Assembly: GCA_963718525.1 (NCBI GenBank)
Contig: OY970355.1
Coordinates: 2,880,001-2,944,000, forward strand
DNA: 64,000 nt
From: Candidatus Dormiibacterota bacterium
Lineage (GTDB): Bacteria > Chloroflexota > Dormibacteria > Aeolococcales > Aeolococcaceae
Reading direction: 5' to 3'
Shown here: in pieces, positions 1-9,113 of the stretch
How positions within the stretch are numbered: the first letter of the stretch is position 1
Layout of the letters: each line of letters opens with the position of its first letter
Position numbers and translations under genes: made by a program
The notes under the pieces: generated by a model
Told to the model about the DNA's origin: nothing
Databases searched by the model: none
What the model saw: only the letters and a program-made list of their open reading frames with translations

Positions 1-2
1 CC

Positions 3-731
3 GTGACCCTCGATACATCGCCCCTGCGTCCACTGGGCCGGACGCGACTGTACGAGGACCTCGTCGAACAACTCGGGGAATTCGTCGTCCGAACCAACCT
101 CCGGGTCGGGGAACGTTTCCCGCCGGAGCGCGAGCTGGCATCCCGGCTCGAGGTCAGCCGGGCGTCGTTGCGGCAGGCGCTGGCGGTGCTCGAAGCCCAG
201 GGATTCATCGAGGTCCGGCACGGCGGGGGCGTCTTTCTCCGGCGCAGCCGTGGATTCGGCGGTGTGCTCCACAAGCTCGTGGAGCGGCGAAGCCGGTTGC
301 CCGAGGTGCTGGAGGCGCGCGAACTCCTCGAGGTGCGACTGGCGGAGCTGGCCGCGACCAGACGTGAGGAGGTTGACCTGGTCGCGATGCGATCTGCGCT
401 GGTTGCCATGGAGGCAGAGATCGCGTCTGCCGGCCTCGGCATCGACGGTGATGCGGCATTCCACCATGCCATCCACCGCGCCGGAAACAACAAGGTCTTG
501 GAGCATGTCATCGACGGGCTCGCCCTCGCGATTCACGAAACTCGCGTGGAGTCGCTCGCCGAGCCGGACCGGCCGAGGAATTCGCTGCTGGCCCATCGGC
601 GAATCCTGGAAGCGATCGAGGCCCAGGACGTGGCGCGCGCAGCGGACGCGATGCGCGCGCATCTGCGCCAGGTGGCCGACGTTGCGCTGCTTCGATGGGA
701 GCCACCGGTCGAAGACTCTCCCCTGCCATGA
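3..731 (+). CDS. FadR/GntR-family transcriptional regulator (MatR-like)
   Basis: N-terminal wHTH (FPPERELASRLEVSRASLRQAL) and FCD domain (DAAFHHAIHRAGNN); stop overlaps the start of the decarboxylase gene (ATGA at 728-731). Confidence 0.92.
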   Translation: MTLDTSPLRPLGRTRLYEDLVEQLGEFVVRTNLRVGERFPPERELASRLEVSRASLRQALAVLEAQGFIEVRHGGGVFLRRSRGFGGVLHKLVERRSRLPEVLEARELLEVRLAELAATRREEVDLVAMRSALVAMEAEIASAGLGIDGDAAFHHAIHRAGNNKVLEHVIDGLALAIHETRVESLAEPDRPRNSLLAHRRILEAIEAQDVARAADAMRAHLRQVADVALLRWEPPVEDSPLP

Positions 732-2146
732 CACCGCCTTCGTGGCTGGAGCACGTGACCGCGGTTGCGGAGCGTGGCCGCGCCATGCTCGGGCGTGGCG
801 CCGGCGCGACCAACAGCACGGGCAGTCTGGCCGTACTCTGCGACCGCCTGATCGCACGGCGGGGTGAGGCCTCCGGTCTCGCGCTCGCCACCGAGCTCGT
901 GCGTGCGCTCGAGCGCATGAGCGGGTCCGAGACCGCTGAATTCCTGGAGGTGCTCGCCGGCGAGTTCTCTCCCCCGCCCGAAGCCGTTGCCTCCGCAGTC
1001 GCCCGATGGCGGTCGGATCCCAGCGACGACGCTGTGATGGCGCTCGCGACCGCAACCGAGGCCCCTCGCCAGGAGCTGTTCCGGCGGCTCAACATGGTCG
1101 GTGGCGGCGCCGCTGCGCTGGTGAAATTGCGTGGGCAGTTGCTTACGCTCCTTCCGACGCGCCCGCACCTGCGCGCTGTCGACGCCGACCTCCGGCATCT
1201 GCTGTCGTCGTGGTTCAACGGGGGCTTCCTGCGTCTGGAACAGATCAGCTGGGGAACGCCTGCGGCAACGCTGGAACGGCTGATCGCGTACGAGGCGGTG
1301 CATGAGATCCATGGATGGGACGACCTGCGCCTGCGCCTGGCCGCTGACCGGCGGTGTTTCGCGTTCTTCCATCCGTTGCTGCCTGGAGAGCCGTTGATCT
1401 TCGTGGAGATCGCGCTCACCCGCGATCTCCCGGCGGCGATTGCTCCACTGCTCGCTGCGGAGCGACCAATCACCGAAGCGCGTTCGGCGCATACCGCCGT
1501 CTTCTACTCGATCAGCGACTGTCAGCCTGGACTGCGCGGGATATCGTTCGGCAACTTCCTCATCAAGCAGGTCGTCCGAGAGCTCTCCGTCGAATTACCG
1601 GGACTGCGAACCTTTGGGACGTTGTCGCCGGTCCCCGGCCTCGCGCGGGCGGTGACCGATCGCACCGATCGCGAGGGCTTCACCGACGAACGGCTGCTGG
1701 CGCTCACCGCGGGTCACCACGACGAATTGCGCCGGCTCGCGTCGACGGGAGACGAGCTCGAAGCGCTGTCGCAGCTGCTCGAAGCCCCCGCGCCATACCC
1801 GCCGATGGTTGCGCAACTCGCCGGGCGCCTTGCGTTCGCCTATCTCCTGCACGTCAAGGTCGGGGCCCGCATCGCCGACAGCGTTGGCCATTTCCACCTC
1901 TCCAACGGCGCCCGCCTCGAGCGCATCAACCCCGACGCCGACCTGTCACACCGCGGGCGCCAGTCGCATGCGGTGATGGTCAATTACGTCTACGAGCCGC
2001 ATCGGTTGGAGGTGAACCACGAGCGCTACGTCCGCTCCGGCCACGTCGCCACCGCGCCGTCGCTGAGTGGCGAGATCAAGTCTGTCGATGCGGCCTGGTC
2101 GAACGTACGTCGCCGCGAGCGGCGTGCAGCGCGCGCTGCACGCTGA
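728..2146 (+). CDS. Malonyl-CoA decarboxylase
   Basis: Motifs SWFNGGFL, YEAVHEI, DRRCFAFFHP, FYSISDCQPGLRGISFGNFLIKQV, TLSPVPG, HFHLSNGA, MVNYVY; start taken at the coupled ATG 728. Confidence 0.93.
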   Translation: MTPPSWLEHVTAVAERGRAMLGRGAGATNSTGSLAVLCDRLIARRGEASGLALATELVRALERMSGSETAEFLEVLAGEFSPPPEAVASAVARWRSDPSDDAVMALATATEAPRQELFRRLNMVGGGAAALVKLRGQLLTLLPTRPHLRAVDADLRHLLSSWFNGGFLRLEQISWGTPAATLERLIAYEAVHEIHGWDDLRLRLAADRRCFAFFHPLLPGEPLIFVEIALTRDLPAAIAPLLAAERPITEARSAHTAVFYSISDCQPGLRGISFGNFLIKQVVRELSVELPGLRTFGTLSPVPGLARAVTDRTDREGFTDERLLALTAGHHDELRRLASTGDELEALSQLLEAPAPYPPMVAQLAGRLAFAYLLHVKVGARIADSVGHFHLSNGARLERINPDADLSHRGRQSHAVMVNYVYEPHRLEVNHERYVRSGHVATAPSLSGEIKSVDAAWSNVRRRERRAARAAR

Positions 2147-2188
2147 CGACAATCGCCGAGCGACCGTTGATGTCGACCGCGGGCCGTC

Positions 2189-3379
2189 TCAGGCGACCGC
2201 CAGCTTACGCACGACCATGCTCTCGTAGGTGTTCATGAGACCGTCGACCGTTGTTCCGATCGAGTACAACTCGCTCACGCGCTGCCGAGCCGACGCCGCC
2301 AGCTGACGTCGCAAGCCGGCGTCGTCTCGCAACGTGTCGAGTGCGCTCCCGAGCGATGGCTCCAACGGATGCGCGGGAAGCACAATTCCGGCTCCCGACA
2401 CGAGCCGGCCATCATCGCCGACATCCGTGGCCACCACGGTACACCCGGCCGCCATGGCCTCGAGCAGAGACAATGACAAGCCTTCCGCGGTGGACGGCAG
2501 GACAAACACATCGATGCCGCGCAGGACGTCGATGCATTGCTGACGGTCGTGAATGGCACCGAGCATGACAATGCGGGGATCCTTGTACGCGAGGCGACTG
2601 ATCCGCAACTGTTGCGCGCCGCTGCCGGCGATCACCAGGCGGCTCTCGCTCGACCACTGTCGTCGCTGGAATGCATGGACGAGGTCGAGGATTCGCTTCT
2701 CTGGATCGAGGCGGCCAAGATAGCCCACCACAAACTCTGCTCCCAGGCCGGAGCGCATCTGGGACGGCCCCGGAGTGATCTCGGTCGTATCGACACCATT
2801 GGGCAGGACATCGATGCGATCGCGTGCGCAGCCCACGGAGACCAGCAGTTCCCGCTGGTCGTGGCTCAGCGCGATGCATCGGTCAGCCAGCGACAGTGTG
2901 TGCGCATGAAACCGGTACAGGGCATGGAAGATGCGTCCACGGCCATCGCGTAGCTGCGCGTACGGCAGGTGCACTGTCGCAACGGTGGGGATACCCCTTC
3001 GGCGGCAGTGAGCCAGGATCCACGTGTCGAGCAACGAGAAGCTCAGCGACACGTGAACGACGTCAGGACGGAAGGCCATGAGCTCGCGAGCGATGCGGCC
3101 TGCCGTTCCCGGCGAGGGCATGATCACGGTCTTGAAGCGGGCTGATGACAGGGACACGGACTGCGCGCCCGGCACTGCTTCACCATCGCGACGATGGAAG
3201 AAGAAGGCGACCTCGATGCCGTGTCGCCGGAGGGCACTGACCGTCGTCGAGCTATATGAGCTCAGCCCGTCCGCTCGCCGACCTCCGCCGTGGCCGAACC
3301 AGGCGACCCGAAGAGGTCCACCCGGTGACGTGCCGCCAGTCCCCGAGTGCCCGTCCCCATCCCCCGCCGACGGAAACAT
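2189..3379 (-). CDS. GT4 (GT-B) glycosyltransferase, DgdA-like glycolipid synthase candidate
   Basis: PNGVD, YLGRLDPEK, FVLPSTAEGLSLSLLEAMA (E-x7-E); start could be 3379 or 3388. Confidence 0.9.
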   Translation of the reverse strand: MFPSAGDGDGHSGTGGTSPGGPLRVAWFGHGGGRRADGLSSYSSTTVSALRRHGIEVAFFFHRRDGEAVPGAQSVSLSSARFKTVIMPSPGTAGRIARELMAFRPDVVHVSLSFSLLDTWILAHCRRRGIPTVATVHLPYAQLRDGRGRIFHALYRFHAHTLSLADRCIALSHDQRELLVSVGCARDRIDVLPNGVDTTEITPGPSQMRSGLGAEFVVGYLGRLDPEKRILDLVHAFQRRQWSSESRLVIAGSGAQQLRISRLAYKDPRIVMLGAIHDRQQCIDVLRGIDVFVLPSTAEGLSLSLLEAMAAGCTVVATDVGDDGRLVSGAGIVLPAHPLEPSLGSALDTLRDDAGLRRQLAASARQRVSELYSIGTTVDGLMNTYESMVVRKLAVA

Positions 3380-3380
3380 A

Positions 3381-3401
3381 CCTGTCATTTTACTTGACAG
3401 G
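3381..3401. promoter_or_regulatory. Inverted repeat, possible operator at the GT4 start
   Basis: CCTGTCA-N7-TGACAGG, a perfect AT-richer dyad directly at the 5' end of the gene. Confidence 0.4.
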
Positions 3402-3428
3402 CTTACTATCCGCGGATTGGAGCCGGCG

Positions 3429-4433
3429 CTAGGCGGGGTGGGTTGCCTCTCGAGATGTCGATCCGACCAAGCGCTGGCGCCACCAGCTCTGAGGATCCGT
3501 CGACACCAGCACAACGGAAAGGACGGCGGCCAGCGCCGACCCGGACTGGAGGAGGTAATAGCCGAGCTCCGGGCTGGTGGGGATCGCGTATGTCCAGCCC
3601 AGCACCCGGGTCGCTGCGTTGAGACTGTCGAAGCTCACCAGTGCAGTGGCTGCCAGCGAGAGCAACAGCGCGATGCCTGTTGCCAGCGGCTCGCGGCGCC
3701 CAGCGAGGCGTGCCACGATCGCGATTGCCGAGGCAACGAGCAGCGCGACCACGATCCATCCATCGGCACCCGCGACGATCGCGCCGGTGAATGGGCGTGT
3801 GGGCGGCGCCCCGACGGGTGGGCATCCGAAGCCGCAGTTGAGGTTGGCATAGGGGAGAAACGCTCCGACGACGGCAAGGATGAGCGCCGCAAGGCACGCC
3901 CAGCCCGCAAACGGTGCCACCCATGGGCGCGACCACGCGCCCGTTGCGCTCCGCTCAACTTCACGGCCACCCGCCATGAGCATGGCCATTGCCGCACCCA
4001 CCGCGAGAATGCTTCCGATGAGCAGTAGGTAAAACCCTGGGCCCAGGACGTATGTGACGGGCACACCTGGGACGAGTTCCGCTGCGCCGAGCACGCGAGG
4101 GAATGCCGACACACCCTCGAAGACGGCCAGCGAGAGCGCGGCAGCTGAAGCCGCACCATTCAACGTGGCAGCGAAGCGCGTCGCGACACCGGCGAGGAAC
4201 AGGGTGGCCGTCGCGAACAGGGTCGCGACGATCCACACGACCGCCCATGCGTCAGGGCTGACCCTCAGCGTGCTCGCAGGAAGACCGGCGGCGGCGAATG
4301 CGGAGCACCCCGAACACCCCTGGCTCACAAAGGTCGGGAGGAGGGCTGCCGTCATCATGACAACCGCGAGAAGACTGACCTGGCCGGCTCGCGTCGCGGC
4401 CTGTCGGTTTCGCAGCAGCGCGTCCACCCGCAT
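3429..4433 (-). CDS. Polytopic membrane protein with an internal duplication
   Basis: About 8 hydrophobic helices; two similar halves (LLP..GCSGC..GPGFYLL and FLP..CGFGC..ELGYYLL); AGGAGG before ATG 4433. Confidence 0.75.
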   Translation of the reverse strand: MRVDALLRNRQAATRAGQVSLLAVVMMTAALLPTFVSQGCSGCSAFAAAGLPASTLRVSPDAWAVVWIVATLFATATLFLAGVATRFAATLNGAASAAALSLAVFEGVSAFPRVLGAAELVPGVPVTYVLGPGFYLLLIGSILAVGAAMAMLMAGGREVERSATGAWSRPWVAPFAGWACLAALILAVVGAFLPYANLNCGFGCPPVGAPPTRPFTGAIVAGADGWIVVALLVASAIAIVARLAGRREPLATGIALLLSLAATALVSFDSLNAATRVLGWTYAIPTSPELGYYLLQSGSALAAVLSVVLVSTDPQSWWRQRLVGSTSREATHPA

Positions 4434-4544
4434 GCCTCCTGGTCTCCAACCGCGAAAGAATCGCGCCTCTTCCAGCGAGCATTGTGGACCCGATGCGGAC
4501 ATTCGGCCTGTAGCAGGCTCTGCGGGTCAGGCCGCCTCAGCGGG

Positions 4545-4769
4545 TCAGATCGGGTCGACGAGGAGCTTGCGCGTATGTCCGGTGGATGCGAGCGCACCGA
4601 TGAAGTGGCGGAGCGGGCCACCGGAGCGATGCTGGCGTGCGGTGCAATTGAGCCAGATCTGGCGATCCTCTGCGATCGCCGCGGTGGGTTCACCACAGTC
4701 GCAGAAGGGTGTTTCGCGCTCGGCGCGCTCGATGAGCGCCACAATGCGGGTGTTGTCAGTCTTGGTCAT
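4545..4769 (-). CDS. Small Cys/His-containing hypothetical protein (74 aa)
   Basis: GGAG RBS before ATG 4769; CDCG...C...H; divergent from TetR. Confidence 0.65.
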   Translation of the reverse strand: MTKTDNTRIVALIERAERETPFCDCGEPTAAIAEDRQIWLNCTARQHRSGGPLRHFIGALASTGHTRKLLVDPI

Positions 4770-4786
4770 TCTTGATCTCCAACATC

Positions 4787-4806
4787 GATACGATGCGTTT
4801 CGTATC
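4787..4806. promoter_or_regulatory. Probable TetR operator
   Basis: GATACGA-N6-TCGTATC perfect dyad in the 47-bp gap between the divergent genes. Confidence 0.7.
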
Positions 4807-4816
4807 ATAGCACCCC

Positions 4817-5434
4817 ATGGAAAACCAGCGCCCTGCTCACAGGCCGGATGAACCCCCTTCCCCGGGGCGCGGAGGCCGGCCAAGGAGTGACCGAGCCCAC
4901 CAGGCCATCCTCACCGCGGCGCGCGAGCTGCTCATCGAGGAGGGCTTTGCGGCGCTCCGTCTCGAGCACGTCGCCGCCCGAGCCGGGGTGGGCAAGGCCA
5001 CGATATATCGGCGGTGGCCATCGAAGGAGGCGCTGGCTCAGGACCTGCTCGCCCAACTCGCCGAGCCGCACATCGGCATCGCCGACACGGGCAACACGCG
5101 CGACGAATTGCTCGCCGCGGTGACCAACCCGATGCGCGCGGTGACCGAGACCGACTTCGGGCCTGTCATCCGGTCCCTGTTATCGGAGATCGCCAGCAAC
5201 CCCACGATCGGCGACCCGTTTCAGTCCACGGTCGTGGGGGCTCGTCGAGCGGAGATCGCTCGGGTGATCGAGCGCGGGATCGCGCGCGGCGATCTGCGCG
5301 CGGATGCGGCCGCCGAGGTCGCCACGGAGCTGCTCGTCGGACCCGTGTACTTTCGGCTCATGTTCGGGGGCATCCTTGACCTCGCGTTCGCGGAGCGCGT
5401 CGTCGACAGCGTCATGCGCGGGTTCGCGACATGA
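4817..5434 (+). CDS. TetR/AcrR-family regulator
   Basis: VAARAGVGKATIYRRWPSKEAL HTH; C-terminal IARGDLRAD. Confidence 0.95.
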   Translation: MENQRPAHRPDEPPSPGRGGRPRSDRAHQAILTAARELLIEEGFAALRLEHVAARAGVGKATIYRRWPSKEALAQDLLAQLAEPHIGIADTGNTRDELLAAVTNPMRAVTETDFGPVIRSLLSEIASNPTIGDPFQSTVVGARRAEIARVIERGIARGDLRADAAAEVATELLVGPVYFRLMFGGILDLAFAERVVDSVMRGFAT

Positions 5435-5521
5435 CGCCGCCGGCTTGCGCTCCCCGGGCCTCTCAGTTGTGGACGCTTGTGTCTCTATCGTCGGCGCGGT
5501 ATCCAGGCCCACTGGAGAGTC

Positions 5522-5995
5522 TCACCCCACCTTCATAGCACTCCAGCTGCCGTTGCCACTCCCGTCGGCCTCCGCGTACGTCCCCGACATGGTGTTGCCG
5601 GAGATCGTTCCCGTATAGGCGACCGAACCGACAGCCCCGAAGTTGATGGAGCTGCCCGTCGCGTTCCCGGTTATGTGCAGCGTCGTGTTAGGAGACGTGA
5701 GTGCGATCGTGCCGACCAGGCCGGCCCCTGACTGCACCCATGTGAGGACGAATGTGCCGCTGTACTTACCGCTGTACGTCCCATTCCACGTTCCACCAAG
5801 GGGGACGACGGTGGCCACGCTCGCTGTCGGGGTCGGGGTGGATGCGGCTATCGGCGTCGCAGTCGCCGTCGGCGTTCCTGCTGCCGTTGCCGGCGCTACC
5901 GTCGGCGTCGGCGTACCGGTTGTCGTCGATGCGCTGCAGCCGGCCAGCAGCGACACCACGGGGATTGCGGTGAGCAACACGATCGTTCGCTTCAT
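5522..5995 (-). CDS. Lipoprotein with Thr/Pro linker and beta-rich domain
   Basis: Lipobox LLAGC; TPTPT linker; GTWNGTYSG; AGGAGG RBS. Confidence 0.8.
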   Translation of the reverse strand: MKRTIVLLTAIPVVSLLAGCSASTTTGTPTPTVAPATAAGTPTATATPIAASTPTPTASVATVVPLGGTWNGTYSGKYSGTFVLTWVQSGAGLVGTIALTSPNTTLHITGNATGSSINFGAVGSVAYTGTISGNTMSGTYAEADGSGNGSWSAMKVG

Positions 5996-6105
5996 GGAGT
6001 AGTGCTCCCTCCTGTTTCAGTTGCGATTGGCGACAAACGTTGCAGCCCGGACGCACTCCGGGGTTGTGTCCATGGCCACGAGGCTAGCCACCGCGCTTCG
6101 GGTTG

Positions 6106-6124
6106 CCTTAAAGCCAACTTAAGG
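6106..6124. promoter_or_regulatory. Dyad upstream of the lipoprotein gene
   Basis: CCTTAA-N7-TTAAGG; also reads as near-direct CTTAA repeats about 11 bp apart. Confidence 0.45.
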
Positions 6125-6159
6125 TCGGGCGAGGTCACGGCGGACTCGTGCACACCGCC

Positions 6160-6225
6160 AAGTTAGGCGTCAGCGGATCAGGCTGAAACCGGGAAAACCC
6201 TACGCGTCCACCCGCCGGACCCTAC
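6160..6225 (-). promoter_or_regulatory. Putative LuxR(LAL)-dependent promoter
   Basis: Minus strand GTAGGGTC..GGTGGAC..GTAGGGTTTTCCC-N25-TAACTT; same layout as 35272-35337. Confidence 0.55.
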
Positions 6226-6255
6226 GATTGGAGGCTCGAGCAGGGCGACCAAGCG

Positions 6256-7101
6256 TCAGGGTGCGCCGACCTCAAGCAGATCCCACTCGACCGCGGCAGT
6301 CACCGGCACAGCGGCGCCCGACCACCGTTCGACGATGGTGTCGAGCTGATCGTCCGACCGCCATGGATCGTGGTGGAACAGGACGAGGCGGCCGACGCTT
6401 GCATGCACGGCAAGACCGACGGCGTAGTCCATGCTGGAGTGGCCGAAGTGCGCCCGCGCTGGGAATTCCTCGCTCGTGTACTGCGAATCGTGCAAGAGGA
6501 CGTCCACTCCATGAGTCAGCTCGACTGCCGCCTCATGGTATGGACCGAACTCTTCTGGGCCAGGACCCAGCACGTTCGGTGCGTGATCCGGCATGTAGGC
6601 GATTGACGTCCGTCCATCCGAGATCCGGTATCCGTAGGTGCGTCCGCCCTTATGGGGAATTTCCAGCGCGTGGACGTCGAACCCCTCGACGCGATGGCGA
6701 CCTGGCGCGAGATGCCGAAAGTCCCAGGCTCCTCGCATCTCGCGAGGCCGGATCGGGAAATGTGGCGGCGACATCGCGCGAGCGAGGATCTCCTCGGCGT
6801 CCCCACCGGGTTGCTCCGGGATGTAGAGGGCGGTGCGTGCGTCAGGGTTGTCCACCGAACGACAGAACGGAAGGCCGTGGGTGTGATCCCAGTGGAGGTG
6901 GGTCAGCAGGATGGCGCCGTCGAACGGTTGGTCCTCCAGCACTGCGGGCAGGCGGCGTAATCCCGTGCCCGCATCCAGGATGAGCCGGTACTCGCCGTCG
7001 TCCGACATCACCGCCACGCACGATGTTTGCCCTCCATAGCGGGCGTATTCGACGCCGGGCGCCGGGGTCGACCCTCTCGTGCCGCAGAGGCGCAACCGCA
7101 T
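6256..7101 (-). CDS. MBL-fold metallo-hydrolase (phosphodiesterase-like)
   Basis: GTRGS, YGGQTSC, LDAGTG, THLHWDH, HFGHS, LFHHDP. Confidence 0.92.
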   Translation of the reverse strand: MRLRLCGTRGSTPAPGVEYARYGGQTSCVAVMSDDGEYRLILDAGTGLRRLPAVLEDQPFDGAILLTHLHWDHTHGLPFCRSVDNPDARTALYIPEQPGGDAEEILARAMSPPHFPIRPREMRGAWDFRHLAPGRHRVEGFDVHALEIPHKGGRTYGYRISDGRTSIAYMPDHAPNVLGPGPEEFGPYHEAAVELTHGVDVLLHDSQYTSEEFPARAHFGHSSMDYAVGLAVHASVGRLVLFHHDPWRSDDQLDTIVERWSGAAVPVTAAVEWDLLEVGAP

Positions 7102-7160
7102 GTGCGGACAGTATCGGACGCCGCCCTCAGGCTGTCGGAGGTGGGAACGCCTGTCAAGCG

Positions 7161-8012
7161 TCAGCGCATTTCGGGATCGCGCCCGGGCTCAGTCACATGG
7201 GGGCGCTGGCTCGCTCGCCCCGTCACCCGCAAATGCGTATCTGGGGCGATCGCATCCTGGAGGGCATCCACAAGGTCATGGAGACCTTCGACGAGCTGCC
7301 CGAGATCTCGCTCGGGATGAGATAGCTGGTCACCTTGTGGCCGCTCCGCTGACGACAGCCGCGGATCCCACGCTCCAGCCCACGACGGTGCGTCCTCGCC
7401 CCGCCCCCAGATTTCGGGTGGGTCGGCGGTACGCAGGTTGAAGCGGTATCGATTCCCCGACAGGTCGCCGCAGTAAGCGATGAGGTTGGCGCCAGGATCG
7501 TCAGCAACGACGGCGGCGCCGGGATCCAGGTACCCATGTGCCATGCCCACAGGGAGCATGTTGTTCGAAGGACTCGGCTCGAACGTGTCACCCGGTGCCA
7601 GATGGATCGGTCCCGAGAAGCCCTTGGCCTCCGATCCGGCGGAGCGGTACAGGTGGCCGCCCGCAAGCATCCAGACGATGAAGTTGAGCGCAGAACCATT
7701 GCCGACATTGCGCACTCGCACAGCCGCCCACGGCTGCTCGCGAATGCCGAGCGGCGGCTCGTCGAGAAGGACGAGGAGCGGCCTCGCAGCGATGGCGCCC
7801 TCGCGGCGCATCTCGCCGGCGAGGTCGCGTGCACCTTCCGCATGCTGTTCTGCGGTCTCGAGCAGCGTCGAGTTCTGATCGACAAGACGCCTCAGTTCGA
7901 CACTCAGGAGCCGAATATGGTGCCCCAGGCGGGCCACCACCACGGCGGTGGCGATGACCGCGAGCCCCACGACTCCGACCGTGATCGCCTGGATGATCGC
8001 AGTCTCGGTCAT
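7161..8012 (-). CDS. Hypothetical single-pass membrane protein
   Basis: N-terminal TM helix, coiled segment, ARPLLV...VRNVGNGSALN. Confidence 0.7.
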   Translation of the reverse strand: MTETAIIQAITVGVVGLAVIATAVVVARLGHHIRLLSVELRRLVDQNSTLLETAEQHAEGARDLAGEMRREGAIAARPLLVLLDEPPLGIREQPWAAVRVRNVGNGSALNFIVWMLAGGHLYRSAGSEAKGFSGPIHLAPGDTFEPSPSNNMLPVGMAHGYLDPGAAVVADDPGANLIAYCGDLSGNRYRFNLRTADPPEIWGRGEDAPSWAGAWDPRLSSAERPQGDQLSHPERDLGQLVEGLHDLVDALQDAIAPDTHLRVTGRASQRPHVTEPGRDPEMR

Positions 8013-8305
8013 GGAAAGAGTGTAGCCAAAGGGACGAGTGATTTTGGGAGCACTCCCCCAGCAGCGCGATGCTACCTTGGGTTCGAATCAGCTGTCCTGA
8101 GCATGCTCGGCGATTCCGGTGCAACCGTCATGGACCCCATTGGTCGCCGCCGTTGGCGAAGCAGGTACTCAGTACCTGGCTGCAGTCGCACCTCCGCCGA
8201 CCGCATGACAGCAACGTACGAGCGCACGGACGTGGATTCGGCGGTACTCCTTTCCGTCACAGTGCGGAAAACGCAGCTAAAGTCACGCGTATGGGAAGAG
8301 TCGTG

Positions 8306-9052
8306 ATGTCGCGGTGCCGAGTGACCACTCTGGCAGTGCTCGCTGTCGCATTTGTCACGGCCTGTTCGCCGGCGAGCGCGCGCCCGAACCCAGCTGCAAC
8401 CACCCCGCCGCACGCCAGCATTTCGGCCGTCGCGTCGCCCATCAGCGTGCTCGCGCGAGTACCTCCAACCGGCTTGACAAAGACCGTCTACCTCACGTTC
8501 GACGACGGTCCAAATCCCACGTGGACCGCGGAGATTTTGGCCCTTTTGGAAGCAAACCAGGCGCACGCAAGCTTCTTTGTGGTCGGCATTAATGCTGCCG
8601 CATGGCCCTGGCTGGTTCAGCGTGAGGCACGTGATGGCGACACCGTTGGAGACCACAGCTGGTCGCATCCGAATCTCGCCGCCTTGTCGATGGGTGCGGT
8701 CAGCGCCCAACTCAGCCGGGACAAGACCCTGATCACGCTGCTCACGGGCACGGCACCCACGCTGTGGCGGCCTCCCTATGAGGCGTTCAATCCATCCGTA
8801 CTGTCAATTGCCAAGGGGTTGGCGATGAAGATGCAGTTGTGGAGCACCACGACAGGAGACTGGCAGCTTCCTGGAACCGAGGTGATCGTGTTGCGGGTGA
8901 TGTCGGCCGTGCACAACGGCACGGTCGTGCTGTTTCACGACGCAGGGGGCAACAGGAGCGAGACCGTGGCGGCGATCGCGATTCTCATACCTGAGCTGGA
9001 AGCGGCAGGATACCGGCTCGCAGCGCTGCCGGTGCAGGGAATGGGCTGGTAG
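8306..9052 (+). CDS. Polysaccharide deacetylase (CE4/NodB), lipoprotein
   Basis: LTFDDGP, HSWSH, WRPPY, VLFHD; lipobox VTAC; start 8291 or 8306. Confidence 0.92.
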   Translation: MSRCRVTTLAVLAVAFVTACSPASARPNPAATTPPHASISAVASPISVLARVPPTGLTKTVYLTFDDGPNPTWTAEILALLEANQAHASFFVVGINAAAWPWLVQREARDGDTVGDHSWSHPNLAALSMGAVSAQLSRDKTLITLLTGTAPTLWRPPYEAFNPSVLSIAKGLAMKMQLWSTTTGDWQLPGTEVIVLRVMSAVHNGTVVLFHDAGGNRSETVAAIAILIPELEAAGYRLAALPVQGMGW

Positions 9053-9113
9053 CGCGGCACCCTGAGTGGGGCTTGCCGCCCACACCCAGAGCGCCGTGCC
9101 GTCCTAGCTGAGG

